From a candidate division WOR-3 bacterium (lineage in GTDB: Bacteria > Hydrothermota > Tepidihabitantia > B3-TA06): a stretch of 64,000 bases of DNA. The stretch is from contig CBFGKC010000001.1 in the NCBI GenBank assembly GCA_965649265.1, positions 13,119-77,118 of the forward strand. The letters are read 5' to 3'. The notes below the pieces were generated by a model. The model searched no databases, was not told where the DNA came from, and was given only the letters and a program-made list of their open reading frames with translations. Below are positions 37,587-47,262 of the stretch, piece by piece; the first letter of the stretch is position 1; each line of letters opens with the position of its first letter. A program made the position numbers and the translations under genes.

Positions 37587-38123
37587 TTGAAAGGAAAGAA
37601 ATACCTGCAGTGGACGGCCGGACTGGTGATGCCCGGCCTGATATTAGCCCTGGCAAGCTGCGCCAAGGCCGACTCGGTCGCCAACTATGAGCCGGTGGAC
37701 AGGTCGAATCTCGTGCAGATGGGCACGTGGGGAACGAGCGGAAAACTCATGTTCCGTGTCATGAAGGTCGAGGAGGCAAAGGCGTTTAAGAAGGGGGAGG
37801 AGGGCCAGGAGAAAGCCCCGCAGGGCATGAGATTCGTGATAATCACACTGGACGTGATGCCTTACGACCAGGGCAAAGGAACTGTGGATGTGCCGCGCTC
37901 GGTGAGTCTGGTTGACGCTTCCGGCCTTGCCTACAGGCCCAACTCCGAACGATTCACGAGACTCAACGGCGGGTACGCCGAGATCAAGATCGACGCCGGC
38001 AAGTTTGCCGAGCGCATCGTGGCCTTCCTTGTTCCCAGGGATTTCAAACCCCTGGCTCTGAGATGCGCCGGCGCGGACGACGCCAAACCATGCCTTCTTG
38101 CGCTGAGGGTGGAAGAAAAATAG
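37587..38123 (+). CDS. Lipoprotein, DUF4352-like
   Basis: LASC lipobox; AP.G.RFVII.L.V...LVDASG..Y...VAF.VP; start approximate. Confidence 0.65.
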   Translation: MKGKKYLQWTAGLVMPGLILALASCAKADSVANYEPVDRSNLVQMGTWGTSGKLMFRVMKVEEAKAFKKGEEGQEKAPQGMRFVIITLDVMPYDQGKGTVDVPRSVSLVDASGLAYRPNSERFTRLNGGYAEIKIDAGKFAERIVAFLVPRDFKPLALRCAGADDAKPCLLALRVEEK

Positions 38124-38351
38124 CCCCTCGTCAGAGATCGGCTGTATCCTGATTCCGGGAAAATCGTTTTGCTAAGAGGAGGATTCTTTTCTTCGAAGCG
38201 GGATGGATTGGCCGCATTATCGCTCGAGGTTTAGACTATCGACAGCATTTTCAAACTCACACAAAACTTGACTTTCATTGCTGGAGAAGAAGAACCCTTT
38301 CTACCCTTTTGGAGATTTTTTCGACAAATCATCCACGATATATTCTTAATT

Positions 38352-38389
38352 CGGGGTCCCCGGGAAATCATTTCGTGATTTCATGGGGT
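38352..38389. repeat. REP-like CGGGGTCCCCG-hairpin-TGGGGT element
   Basis: Internal GAAATCA/TGATTTC hairpin; flanked by TATTCTTA direct repeats at 38341 and 38389. Confidence 0.65.
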
Positions 38390-38393
38390 ATTC

Positions 38394-39047
38394 TTATTCC
38401 AGCATCTTCTGCACGGCGACGACCCGGCCTATGATACGGTCGCCGGAGCCGAGTACCAGCGGCTCGTATTCCGGATTCGCGGGTACGAGTATGTGAACGT
38501 CTTTCTTCCCCTGCTTCGTTATCTTGAGTTCCTTTATCGTGGTTTCGCCGTCGAGAAGTGCCACGACTATGGCCCTGTTGGGGGGGGAGGGGTCGGGACA
38601 GACTATTACCCTGTCGCCGTCCGAGAGACGCGGTTCCATCGAGTTACCGTGGACTATAAGGCCGAAAGTCTGGGGATGGCGTGCGGTGGAGGAAGGGACA
38701 GGGAGGTACTCGAGAACGACCTCGCTCGTGTACCTCGGGAAACCGGCGGGCACCTCGCCCAGCACGGCCACCCACCTCACGGGCAGCCTCTCCGATTCCG
38801 GGATATCAGGCAGCGAATCCATGTCACCCTCGCCCGTAACGAGCCAGTGGAGGGAAATTCTCAGCTCGGACGCCATGCGAACAAGAAGTTCCACATCCAC
38901 GCTGCGCTCGCCGCGTTCGTAGCGAACGAGCGAGTTGCGATGTATCCTTAATCGCTCGCTGAGCTCTACCTGGTTCATCCCTTTCTTGCGTCTTGCCTCC
39001 CTTATGCGCTGGCCGACAAGCTTGTCAGAACTCTGATCCGTGATCAT
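38394..39047 (-). CDS. CI-like repressor (XRE HTH plus S24 peptidase)
   Basis: IREARRKKGMNQ.ELS..YERGER HTH; VPAG, GNSM, TTIK. Confidence 0.9.
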   Translation of the reverse strand: MITDQSSDKLVGQRIREARRKKGMNQVELSERLRIHRNSLVRYERGERSVDVELLVRMASELRISLHWLVTGEGDMDSLPDIPESERLPVRWVAVLGEVPAGFPRYTSEVVLEYLPVPSSTARHPQTFGLIVHGNSMEPRLSDGDRVIVCPDPSPPNRAIVVALLDGETTIKELKITKQGKKDVHILVPANPEYEPLVLGSGDRIIGRVVAVQKMLE

Positions 39048-39092
39048 CCCGTTCTCCTTGGAGACGATTGCGTGTCTCCGAGACTGAAGTTT

Positions 39093-39218
39093 TTGTCCAC
39101 AAACGGGTGTGGATAATCGTATAAATCACCCAAAAATGTGCTATTTGCCAATATGGCTCTTGACAAATCACCCTTTTGGGTTATAATCCATTCGATGACT
39201 GAATCCGTTTGGGTGATT
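39093..39218. promoter_or_regulatory. Divergent switch region: strong promoter, three AATCACCC sites, DnaA-box pair
   Basis: TTGACA(39160)-16-TATAAT; AATCACCC at 39124 and 39166, inverted TTTGGGTGATT at 39208; TTGTCCACA at 39093 and TGTGGATAA at 39108. Confidence 0.7.
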
Positions 39219-39253
39219 ATAAGCATGGAAACTCTAGTTGTCAAGGGGTGAAC

Positions 39254-39724
39254 ATGAATAAACGCAGGACAAGTGAAGTGCAGACGTGGGGGGATGTGCA
39301 AAGGGCGCTCGTGGAGCTTGGACGTTTTGAGGCAAGGCTCGAGCGCAAGAACGAGAACGCGGGACGCAAAATCCAGTCCGTAGAAGAGAGGCTGGGGGAA
39401 GAAAGCGCCGTGCTCCTGGCGGAGATAGACCGTCTTCGTCAGGAGCTGGAGCGCTTCTTTAAAAGAAACTCCCGCGGCGCAAGAACAAAAACTCTTCCCG
39501 AGGGCAGCCTTGGGATAAGAGTCCGTTCTCATTTACTGATTCCGAAGCCCGGCCTGACCTCAAGAAAACTCATGGAAAGGGGCCTGGGCGACTGCCTTCG
39601 GCTCAAGGAAAGCATTGATCGTCAGGCACTCTCAAGACTCGATGACGACACGCTCTCGAGTGTTGGCGCAAGAAGGGTGGTAAGGGAGGTCTTTTATGCC
39701 AGAGCGAGGAGGAAAGGAAGATGA
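39254..39724 (+). CDS. gam: Mu Gam-like host-nuclease inhibitor
   Basis: V.TW.DV..AL.EL, KTL.EG.LG.R, LR.KESID.QAL, L..VG.......F motifs. Confidence 0.8.
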   Translation: MNKRRTSEVQTWGDVQRALVELGRFEARLERKNENAGRKIQSVEERLGEESAVLLAEIDRLRQELERFFKRNSRGARTKTLPEGSLGIRVRSHLLIPKPGLTSRKLMERGLGDCLRLKESIDRQALSRLDDDTLSSVGARRVVREVFYARARRKGR

Positions 39725-40308
39725 AGGAACGCAGCCTCTCAGAGGTGAAAGCGGCCCTCGCCGCAGAGCGAAGGGAGCTTGACAAGGCGATAGCAAACCA
39801 GAGCTTCTTTTGTTCGAGCAAGAAGCGAGTCGTCTCGCCGGCCCAGTGTCATGACTGCTTCGCGGTGATTCCGTATTTCGAAAAACTCTCTCGCTGGAAG
39901 GAAGACCGAATGCTTTGCATCAAGGAACACGGCCAGGCTCTGCGCAAGCCCGCAGCATCCGTGGAGGAGGGGGTGACAGGGACCGGATCGACGCAAAGGT
40001 CCGGGGGAAGGAGGGAGCAAAGGCACGATCCTGGTGGATTTTCGATTGAGGAGTATGTCTCAAGAAGTATTCTCGAGTATTATCTGGAGCTCGATTCCCT
40101 CGCCGAGAAATTCGAAACCTGGTGGATGGCTCTTGCCCCCGAGGCACGCTCGAGGATTCACAAAAGCACCGATCTTCTTGAGGCTCTTATGTGGTTTGGT
40201 GAACGACTCCGGGAGTTCCAGTGTGCAGTGGTGAGAGTCGCACGCTGCCCGGATAACGAAGATAAAAACAACAACACGAAGGAGGAATCATGTGGGGTGA
40301 AGAACTGA
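39721..40308 (+). CDS. Hypothetical protein with Cys cluster
   Basis: Translationally coupled to gam; FC...QCHDC...C. Confidence 0.55.
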   Translation: MKERSLSEVKAALAAERRELDKAIANQSFFCSSKKRVVSPAQCHDCFAVIPYFEKLSRWKEDRMLCIKEHGQALRKPAASVEEGVTGTGSTQRSGGRREQRHDPGGFSIEEYVSRSILEYYLELDSLAEKFETWWMALAPEARSRIHKSTDLLEALMWFGERLREFQCAVVRVARCPDNEDKNNNTKEESCGVKN

Positions 40309-40595
40309 CCCTTAATCTCTTCGGGGCGACCATCCTGGGCTCCGTTATCGTCGCCGCCATCGTCGAGAAACTGAAAACGTGGCTCAAGACCGAAGGATGG
40401 CTGACCACGCTCATGGCCCTTGTGGTGGGTACGGCGCTTGGTGGGCTCCTTTATCTCGTGGAACTCGGCGCCGTAAAGCTCGGTATGCCCGGTCAGGTTA
40501 TCCCGCTTGCCGTCGCGCTTCTTGACGGTTTCTTTTCCGGCGGGGTTGCCGCAGGGTTGTGGAAGGCCGCCCGAAACCTGGGAAGAAAGGGATGA
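40290..40595 (+). CDS. Putative holin (3 TM)
   Basis: Three hydrophobic segments, IVEKLK motif, basic C-terminus. Confidence 0.65.
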   Translation: MWGEELTLNLFGATILGSVIVAAIVEKLKTWLKTEGWLTTLMALVVGTALGGLLYLVELGAVKLGMPGQVIPLAVALLDGFFSGGVAAGLWKAARNLGRKG

Positions 40596-40945
40596 GAAAG
40601 GGGGTGAATAAGGGCCGCGGACGCTTCGTACGGTTATCCGTGATCCTGTCCGCGGCCCTGGTGGCCGCCGCTTCGGCGCTTGCCGCATTCGTATCGGGTT
40701 ACGCTCTGGCATTCTCGCGCGTCTCCGGAGTGTGGGAAGAAACCACGCTTCTCAAGGCTAGAGCATCGGAACTCGAGGCTCAGATTCTGCGCTTGAAGAA
40801 CTACGCCGTTTTGATTGACGCCATCGCCGCTAATGGCCGCGCTTCCGAAGAGCTCTTTGAACTGGGCGAAAGGGTCGTCGTTGCCGGCAGGGACAGCTTT
40901 AATTGCGACGGCCAAAACCCTGACAAGGGTATCAGGCGCCAATGA
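40592..40945 (+). CDS. Single-TM coiled-coil protein (spanin-like or peptidase N-terminal remnant)
   Basis: N-terminal TM followed by heptad repeats; follows the holin. Confidence 0.45.
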   Translation: MRKGVNKGRGRFVRLSVILSAALVAAASALAAFVSGYALAFSRVSGVWEETTLLKARASELEAQILRLKNYAVLIDAIAANGRASEELFELGERVVVAGRDSFNCDGQNPDKGIRRQ

Positions 40946-41274
40946 ATCTTTTAAAAATAAGCGAAGCCGCATCGCTTCTGGGCTGCCATCCCTACTCCCT
41001 GTACGCGGCAATTTACGAGGGAAGGGTAAAGGCCTCAAAGCTCAGGGGTACCGTGAGAATAAGCGGGGATGAGGTGGAGAGGCTCCTTGGGAAAAAAGAA
41101 TTCCTCTCGGGCAACCTGTCGGTGAGGGAGGTTTCGAAGATTCTTTCATGTTCCACCTCGAGCGTACTGAGGATCATTCGCTCCCGCAAGCTCAGAGCGG
41201 AGCTCGTCGGTAAAAGATACCGCATCTCCGCCCAGGATCTCGAAAGATTCGTGCAGTCGCTGCCCAGGCTGTGA
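40942..41274 (+). CDS. Tandem excisionase-type (HTH_17) DNA-binding protein
   Basis: Two repeats of L...E.A..L......I..G...A.......RIS. Confidence 0.8.
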   Translation: MNLLKISEAASLLGCHPYSLYAAIYEGRVKASKLRGTVRISGDEVERLLGKKEFLSGNLSVREVSKILSCSTSSVLRIIRSRKLRAELVGKRYRISAQDLERFVQSLPRL

Positions 41275-41354
41275 ACCCTTGCGCGATATGGACAGGCGTC
41301 AGAACCGAAAGAAAGTTTTTAACGCTGGGTTAAAGGAAAAACCCGGAGGTGCAA

Positions 41355-42515
41355 ATGAAAAAGTTGAAACCTGTTGAAAAGGAACTGGCCGTGTCGGGCG
41401 CTGCCTCGACCTGGTTCGGTAACATTCTGACAAGTATGCCGGTCTCCTCCACCTCGTTTCTAGAAAGACACGAAGGAAGGGACATCTGGCAGGTTTTTGA
41501 GGAGATGATGGAGGATTCCCATATCCAGAGCGCCTTTGCCTCGAGACGGGCGGGTGTTTCGGGCAGGCGATGGGATGTGACGCCCTTCGACGAATCGGCG
41601 CGCTCGAGGAAGGTGGCCGATTTCGTGCGCAAGACGCTCGCAAGGATTCCGAATTTCGAGCACGCCCTCGGGCATCTGCTCAAAGCGGTGCCCTACGGAC
41701 ACTCGGTTCTCGAGATCATGTGGCGCATAGACCCCGACGCAGTCAGGGTTGACGCATTAAGGACTCGCAGGCCGGAGCGCTTCACGCTTCTGGAAAACTC
41801 CGGCCTCAAGCTGGTAGACGATTCACAGGGCGGCGAACGCTCGCTCCCCGCGCGCAAGTTCGTCTGCCACAGGCACGAGCCGCAGGACGATATCCCATTC
41901 GCGAAGCCGCTCCTCTTGTCGCTTTACTGGCCGTGGTACTTCAAAAAGAACGGGCAGGCCTTCTGGATGGTTCTCGCCGAGAAGTTCGGCATCCCGTCCG
42001 TGATCGGCCGCTACCCCTCTCATTTTACCGATGCGGACGTGAAGAACCTCGCGAGCGCTCTCATAAACCTGCAGCAGGACTCGGTCGCCGCGGTGCCACA
42101 GGAGACGCAGGTGGAAGTCGAAAGCATCCAGGTGGGCGAGAAGGGTTCCTTCTTCAGGGAGCTTTTGGATTTCATGAACGCGGAGGTATCCAAGACGGTA
42201 CTCGGAGGAACCTTGACCCAGGAGGTGGGCAACGTCGGCTCTTACGCAGCTGCGAAAACCCACCAGGAGGTTCGGCAGGAGATAATCGCGGCGGACGCCA
42301 GGCTCCTTCAGACGACCGTCAACTCGACGCTCGTGCGCTGGCTCGTGGATTTCAACTACGGGCCGGACGTCGAGGCCCCCTCGTTCGTCGTCGACTACCT
42401 CCCCCCTCGCGGCACGCCCGAGTTCGCGCAAGTGCTGAAGACGCTTTCAGATATGGGATACAAGGTTCCCGAGCGCTTCATCGCCGAAACCTTCGGCCTG
42501 CCCGAGAGCGAATAA
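41355..42515 (+). CDS. Portal protein, Mu gp29 (DUF935)-like
   Basis: EM.EDSHI.S....R, AVPYG.SV.EI.W, W....EKFG.P..IGRYP, ELLDFMN.EVSK.VLGGTLT, GSYAAAK.H.EVR. Confidence 0.92.
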   Translation: MKKLKPVEKELAVSGAASTWFGNILTSMPVSSTSFLERHEGRDIWQVFEEMMEDSHIQSAFASRRAGVSGRRWDVTPFDESARSRKVADFVRKTLARIPNFEHALGHLLKAVPYGHSVLEIMWRIDPDAVRVDALRTRRPERFTLLENSGLKLVDDSQGGERSLPARKFVCHRHEPQDDIPFAKPLLLSLYWPWYFKKNGQAFWMVLAEKFGIPSVIGRYPSHFTDADVKNLASALINLQQDSVAAVPQETQVEVESIQVGEKGSFFRELLDFMNAEVSKTVLGGTLTQEVGNVGSYAAAKTHQEVRQEIIAADARLLQTTVNSTLVRWLVDFNYGPDVEAPSFVVDYLPPRGTPEFAQVLKTLSDMGYKVPERFIAETFGLPESE

Positions 42516-42538
42516 ATTACCCTATTGACTAGGTATGA

Positions 42539-44041
42539 ATGTCACTGTATCATTTATCCATAGTGGATAGTATCGAGGACAAACAGATTGCATATAAGTG
42601 GCAAACCATTGAGGACCTCCCTAAGGACTGGGGGGTCCTCGCAGCCCCGGATCTCCCTTCTCTTTCAGAGATATGGAAAGAACAGTCAGACAGGTTAAGG
42701 CAAAGACCTGAATGGCAAACTTTCCTTGATCGTCTTAAGAGAAAATGGTCAATTGAAACAGGAATAATTGAACATATATACGACATCGATCGTGGCATTA
42801 CCGAAATTCTTATAGAACAGGGCATCAAGGAAAGTCTTATTCCTCACGGTACAAGTGATAAATCACCCCAAGAAATCATACCTATAATTGAGGATCACGA
42901 AGAGGTGATTGATGGCCTTTTTGATTTTGTCAAAAACCAAAGAGCTTTGACAACATCTTATATTAAAGAATTGCACTATGTATTAACACGCCATCAATTA
43001 ACAACCGTCGGTATAAATGGAATGGGCAGGAAAGCCGATATAAAACTCTTACGGGGTGATTGGAAAAAATGGCCTAACAACCCCACTAGACCTGATGGCA
43101 AGACTCATGAATATTGTCCACCAGAACAAGTAGCGTCTGAAATAGAAAATTTGGTAAAAATGCATCTGGAACATGATAACGCTAAAGTCCCTCCAGAAGT
43201 TGAGGCTGCTTGGTTCCATCATCGCTTTACACAGATACACCCTTTTATGGATGGTAATGGCAGGGTAGCGCGGGCTTTGGCTTCTTTAATCTTCATAAGA
43301 GCCGGATGGTTTCCACTTGTAGTAACACGGGATGACAGAGTGGCATATTTGGATTCCCTTGAGATTGCTGATCGTGGTGACTTAGGGCCTTTGGTTAATC
43401 AATTTGTTTCTATCCAAAAAAGAGCATTTGTAAAGGCACTCAGCATCAGTGAAGATGTTCTTACAGATTCAAAGAAAAAAGTCCTTGATTCGGTAGCTCA
43501 AAGGCTTCGGGCAAGAAAAGAGGAATTCAGTGTTCAAAGAAAAGGCTTGGAGGATAGAGCTCTTCTATTAAAGAAATTATTAGGCATTGAGCTAGATAAC
43601 ATTTCTCATGACGTTGAGAAAACTCTCAAAGATGCCGACCCCCGCTATTACGTAAAAATTTATAAGAGTATGCCTGAACAATGGCACTGGTATAAGTGGC
43701 AAATTGTTCAAATTGCAAAGGAATTTGAGAATTATTTTGCTAACATCGGATTACTTCATTGTTGGGTACGATTGGTAATCCATGAATCCCAAGAAGTCAA
43801 TTTTGTCGTCTCAATTCACGCTCTAGGAACAGAGTTTCGAGGCGTTGGAGCTTGTTCCGCTTTTGTTTTTTTCAAAGAATTCAGACAGGATGAGGAAGAG
43901 ATCGCCGATTTAAAACCTGCCTGCCGTGAGGTATTTCAGTTCACGTACAAAGAAGATAAAGACAAATTAAAGAAACGGTTTGAAAATTGGCTTGCGGACA
44001 GCATTACTATAGGTCTTGATATCTGGCGCAAGTCTCTTTAG
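42539..44041 (+). CDS. Fic family protein
   Basis: HPFMDGNGRVAR catalytic motif; AT-rich. Confidence 0.92.
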   Translation: MSLYHLSIVDSIEDKQIAYKWQTIEDLPKDWGVLAAPDLPSLSEIWKEQSDRLRQRPEWQTFLDRLKRKWSIETGIIEHIYDIDRGITEILIEQGIKESLIPHGTSDKSPQEIIPIIEDHEEVIDGLFDFVKNQRALTTSYIKELHYVLTRHQLTTVGINGMGRKADIKLLRGDWKKWPNNPTRPDGKTHEYCPPEQVASEIENLVKMHLEHDNAKVPPEVEAAWFHHRFTQIHPFMDGNGRVARALASLIFIRAGWFPLVVTRDDRVAYLDSLEIADRGDLGPLVNQFVSIQKRAFVKALSISEDVLTDSKKKVLDSVAQRLRARKEEFSVQRKGLEDRALLLKKLLGIELDNISHDVEKTLKDADPRYYVKIYKSMPEQWHWYKWQIVQIAKEFENYFANIGLLHCWVRLVIHESQEVNFVVSIHALGTEFRGVGACSAFVFFKEFRQDEEEIADLKPACREVFQFTYKEDKDKLKKRFENWLADSITIGLDIWRKSL

Positions 44042-44122
44042 TCTATTTCTTAACATCCTTTTTTCTACTTGACAATCTCCCGCGTCTGCTTATATTATTA
44101 AAAAACAAACTCGGAGGCGCGT

Positions 44123-45079
44123 ATGAAGCGAGTTGCGCTGCTAATTGCTTTCGTATCGACTGCTTTGTTTTTCGCAGGTTGCGAAAAAAAGTTGCCTGAT
44201 AATCTCAAGGGAGAGATTGCGTTCGTGAGCTCCATGGAGAACGACGGCGCGCACGACATATACGTAATCAGTCTTCCATCCAAGGAAGTTCGCCAGCTGA
44301 CCAAGACTGCGGGTACCGATGTCGAGAACATGTACATAGACTGGTGCCCGGCGGGGCCGATCGCGTTCGCGAGCACCCGCGACAGACACTACGAACTTTA
44401 CACCATCAACCCCGACGGCACCGGAGAAACCCGCCTGACGAAGGGCGAAAACGACAATCTCTACCCGGCGATGCGCTGGGACGGCAAGCTGATTGCGTTT
44501 TCGGCCACGGTTCTGACACCAAAGGGTTTGCCGGAGAAAGACATATTCGTCATGGATATGACGTCAAGAAAACCCGAACGTCTGACAAACACGCCCGAGG
44601 ACGAGGTCTCCCTGCGCTGGTCGCCCGACGGAAAGAGCCTTGCCTACTCCCGCTACGTGATGGGCCAGTCGGAGATCTTCGTCTACGATTTCGCCACAAA
44701 GAAATCCACCCAGCTCACCGATAATCCCGCTGAGGACGTCAATCCCTCGTGGACGCCCGATTCAAAATACATCGTCTTCTCCTCGACAAGGGCGGACACC
44801 GTGAACACCGGCGAGGACAAGCTTTACGCGATATACGCGATGAACGCCGTGGACGGCTCGAGCGTGACCGAACTCTTAAACGAGGTCAAGGACGGCTACT
44901 CGGTGGGCAATCCATCAATCTCTCAGGACGGCCTCTGGCTTGCCTACCAGTACAGACACAAAAACTGGGATTACATGTACCTCGCAGTAAGAAGCGTGGA
45001 CGGCAAGCAGGACTACGACATCGTGAAGAACATCTATTTCAACCGCAACCCGGTCTGGTGCCCGTTGCCGCCTAAATAA
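44123..45079 (+). CDS. TolB-like PD40 beta-propeller lipoprotein
   Basis: FAGC lipobox; repeated WSPDG..IAF.S, IY.(M/I)..DG....LT. Confidence 0.85.
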   Translation: MKRVALLIAFVSTALFFAGCEKKLPDNLKGEIAFVSSMENDGAHDIYVISLPSKEVRQLTKTAGTDVENMYIDWCPAGPIAFASTRDRHYELYTINPDGTGETRLTKGENDNLYPAMRWDGKLIAFSATVLTPKGLPEKDIFVMDMTSRKPERLTNTPEDEVSLRWSPDGKSLAYSRYVMGQSEIFVYDFATKKSTQLTDNPAEDVNPSWTPDSKYIVFSSTRADTVNTGEDKLYAIYAMNAVDGSSVTELLNEVKDGYSVGNPSISQDGLWLAYQYRHKNWDYMYLAVRSVDGKQDYDIVKNIYFNRNPVWCPLPPK

Positions 45080-45113
45080 GATTCCAATCGAACGCCCTGG
45101 AGGGGTTGCGTTC

Positions 45114-45147
45114 AACTAAAAAGCAGGCTCCGGCCTGCTTTTTAGTT
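45114..45147. terminator. Bidirectional rho-independent terminator
   Basis: AACTAAAAAGCAGGC-TCCG-GCCTGCTTTTTAGTT between convergent genes. Confidence 0.85.
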
Positions 45148-45186
45148 ACGTACTACTTTTTGGCTCCGCAAAAATGATCAGGGAAT

Positions 45187-47262
45187 TCAAGGGTTGTTTG
45201 ATTCGACGATTATTTTCGAGAAATCGGCCACCTTGAGAAATTCCTCGCGAATGGCTGCGAGCATTCCGAGCCGGTTTGCGCGCACCTTTTCGTCCTCGAC
45301 CATGACGAAGACGTCGTCGAAAAACTTGTCGATGGCCGGGCGGATGGAAAGGAGCAATTCGAGTGCTTTCTCGTAGTTTTTCGATTCGCAGGCACTCTCG
45401 ATAAGAGGCCTTGCTCGTTCAGCCTCGGCCCAGAGAGTACGCTCCGAGGGCTCGGAGAAGAGACCGGGGGACGGGGGGGGCGGGGGGGCAATAGACCTGG
45501 TGATGTTTGCCAGGCGTTTCTGACCCACGGCCACTTGCTTGAACTCTTCGCCTTTGTTCAATTCCCTGAACGCCTGGAGGCGAATGAAACAATCATAAGG
45601 AGCGCTTGAAGCGACGGCGAGAACGGCGTCTACCCAGTCGTAGGCGAATCCCTTATCGATGAGAAAGAGCCTCTGCCTGTCGGCGAGAAATTCGGAGATC
45701 TCGCTGGATTTGGCTTGCTCTTTGCCCATTAAATCCAGGACCTTTTTGACGGCACTTGCGAGGTCGATCGAGAGCCTGCCCTCGACGCAAATCCGCGCGA
45801 TCGCCGTCGCCTGTCTGCGCAGCGCAAAGGGGTCCGACGAACCCTTGGGCGGTTTGCCGAGGACGAAGGTGGCCGCGATGTTGAGAAGCCTGTCTGCGAT
45901 TGCGAGCACGGCCGATTCGGGCGAGGAGGGTGAGGAGGGCGAGGAGGGCGTATCGGAGTATTGCTCACGGATCGCGGTCGAGACGGCCAGCGGCTCTCCA
46001 AGTTTCTCCGCGTAGATACCGCCAGCGATCCCCTGCAGGGAGGTGAACTCCTTCTCGCGCACGAGGTTCGAGAGGAGATCGGCTTTCGCAAGGTGTGCGG
46101 CCCGCTCGTAAGTAACGCGGTCGAAACCCGGGATCATCTCCCCGATAAACAAGCCGAGCGTGGAGAGCCAGGCGGTCTTTTGCGCCAGCGTGCCTATTCC
46201 CTTTATCCACTCTACGCGTGATTCCTCTGCGACGAGAGGTTCGAGGCCTTTTTCGAGGTCTTCTTTTATGAAGAACTCGGCATCCTCAAGCCGCGAAACG
46301 GACATGCGCTCGAACCAGGGCCGCACGAGCGCGGGGTCGAGCATGGGCGCGTTTGTCACGACGAGGAAGTGGGGGAGGAGTTTTGATTTCTTTTCGATTA
46401 CAAAAGCGCGCTGGTGCTTTGCGAGAGCGGTCTCCAAAACCTCGCGCGGGAGGTCGGCGAAAGTCCCGAGGTTGCAGTCAAGCGCCACGGGGTATTCGAC
46501 GAGATCGGTTACCTCCTCGACGAGTTCTTCGTTGGGAACGAGCGCGCCGCCGAGTTCTTTAGCTTTGTCCGACAGCTCTTTTATCACCTGGGTTTTCCGC
46601 TCATCGCGGTCGACGAGAACGTAAGCGTCGCGGAGCTTTGGAACATATTCATCAGGATTGTTAATAGTGACCGGTTCGGGATGAGCGAAGCGGTGGCCGC
46701 GGGTCGTGCTGGAGGATGAGAGTCCGGCGAACTCGAACTTCACGACCTCTTCCCCGAAAAGACAGCAAATCCAGCGAGCAGGTCTTGCGTAAGTATCGTT
46801 ACCCGCCTGAGGCCAACGCATGTTCTTTGGGAAAGGGATTTTTTTGATAACTTCCGGGAGGATTCTTTGAAGAATTGCCGATGTTTGCTCACCGCCTACA
46901 GACCGTTTTACGCAAACGTAATTTCCCTTTTCGGACTCCTTGATGAAGAGTGCGGATTCCGTGACACTGAGACTTTCCGCGAATTTCTTTGCCGCAACGG
47001 TCCAGTTCCCGTCCTGGTCTTTGGCGACCTTGGCGGGCGGTCCCTGGCGCTCCTCGGATTTTTCGGGACTTGAGACGGACAGGGAGGCAAGAAGGGAGAG
47101 CCTGCGTGGAGACCAGATGGGTTTTAATAACTCGACGACTATGCCTTCCCTTTCGAGGGATAATTTGAGATTTTCTGAGAGCGCGGCGGCTGCGGGCTCA
47201 AGATAGGAAGCGGGAATTTCCTCGGTGCCTGTCTCGAGGAGGAATTGACGCATATCACTCAT
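45187..47262 (-). CDS. glyS: Glycine-tRNA ligase beta subunit
   Basis: [57 protein letters not shown]. Confidence 0.95.
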   Translation of the reverse strand: MSDMRQFLLETGTEEIPASYLEPAAAALSENLKLSLEREGIVVELLKPIWSPRRLSLLASLSVSSPEKSEERQGPPAKVAKDQDGNWTVAAKKFAESLSVTESALFIKESEKGNYVCVKRSVGGEQTSAILQRILPEVIKKIPFPKNMRWPQAGNDTYARPARWICCLFGEEVVKFEFAGLSSSSTTRGHRFAHPEPVTINNPDEYVPKLRDAYVLVDRDERKTQVIKELSDKAKELGGALVPNEELVEEVTDLVEYPVALDCNLGTFADLPREVLETALAKHQRAFVIEKKSKLLPHFLVVTNAPMLDPALVRPWFERMSVSRLEDAEFFIKEDLEKGLEPLVAEESRVEWIKGIGTLAQKTAWLSTLGLFIGEMIPGFDRVTYERAAHLAKADLLSNLVREKEFTSLQGIAGGIYAEKLGEPLAVSTAIREQYSDTPSSPSSPSSPESAVLAIADRLLNIAATFVLGKPPKGSSDPFALRRQATAIARICVEGRLSIDLASAVKKVLDLMGKEQAKSSEISEFLADRQRLFLIDKGFAYDWVDAVLAVASSAPYDCFIRLQAFRELNKGEEFKQVAVGQKRLANITRSIAPPPPPSPGLFSEPSERTLWAEAERARPLIESACESKNYEKALELLLSIRPAIDKFFDDVFVMVEDEKVRANRLGMLAAIREEFLKVADFSKIIVESNNP

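Larger units (their letters stand above)
15514..42515. mobile_element. Mu-like myophage-derived locus (defective or domesticated prophage), rearranged
   Basis: Capsid E, decoration, gp36, sheath, tube, chaperone, baseplate, portal DUF935-like, Gam and CI-like repressor present; no transposase or terminase recognised. Confidence 0.8.

Noticed and set aside
45925-45950. Short tandem repeat encoding [10 protein letters not shown] in glyS
   Set aside because: In-frame low-complexity loop expansion with no sign of phase variation
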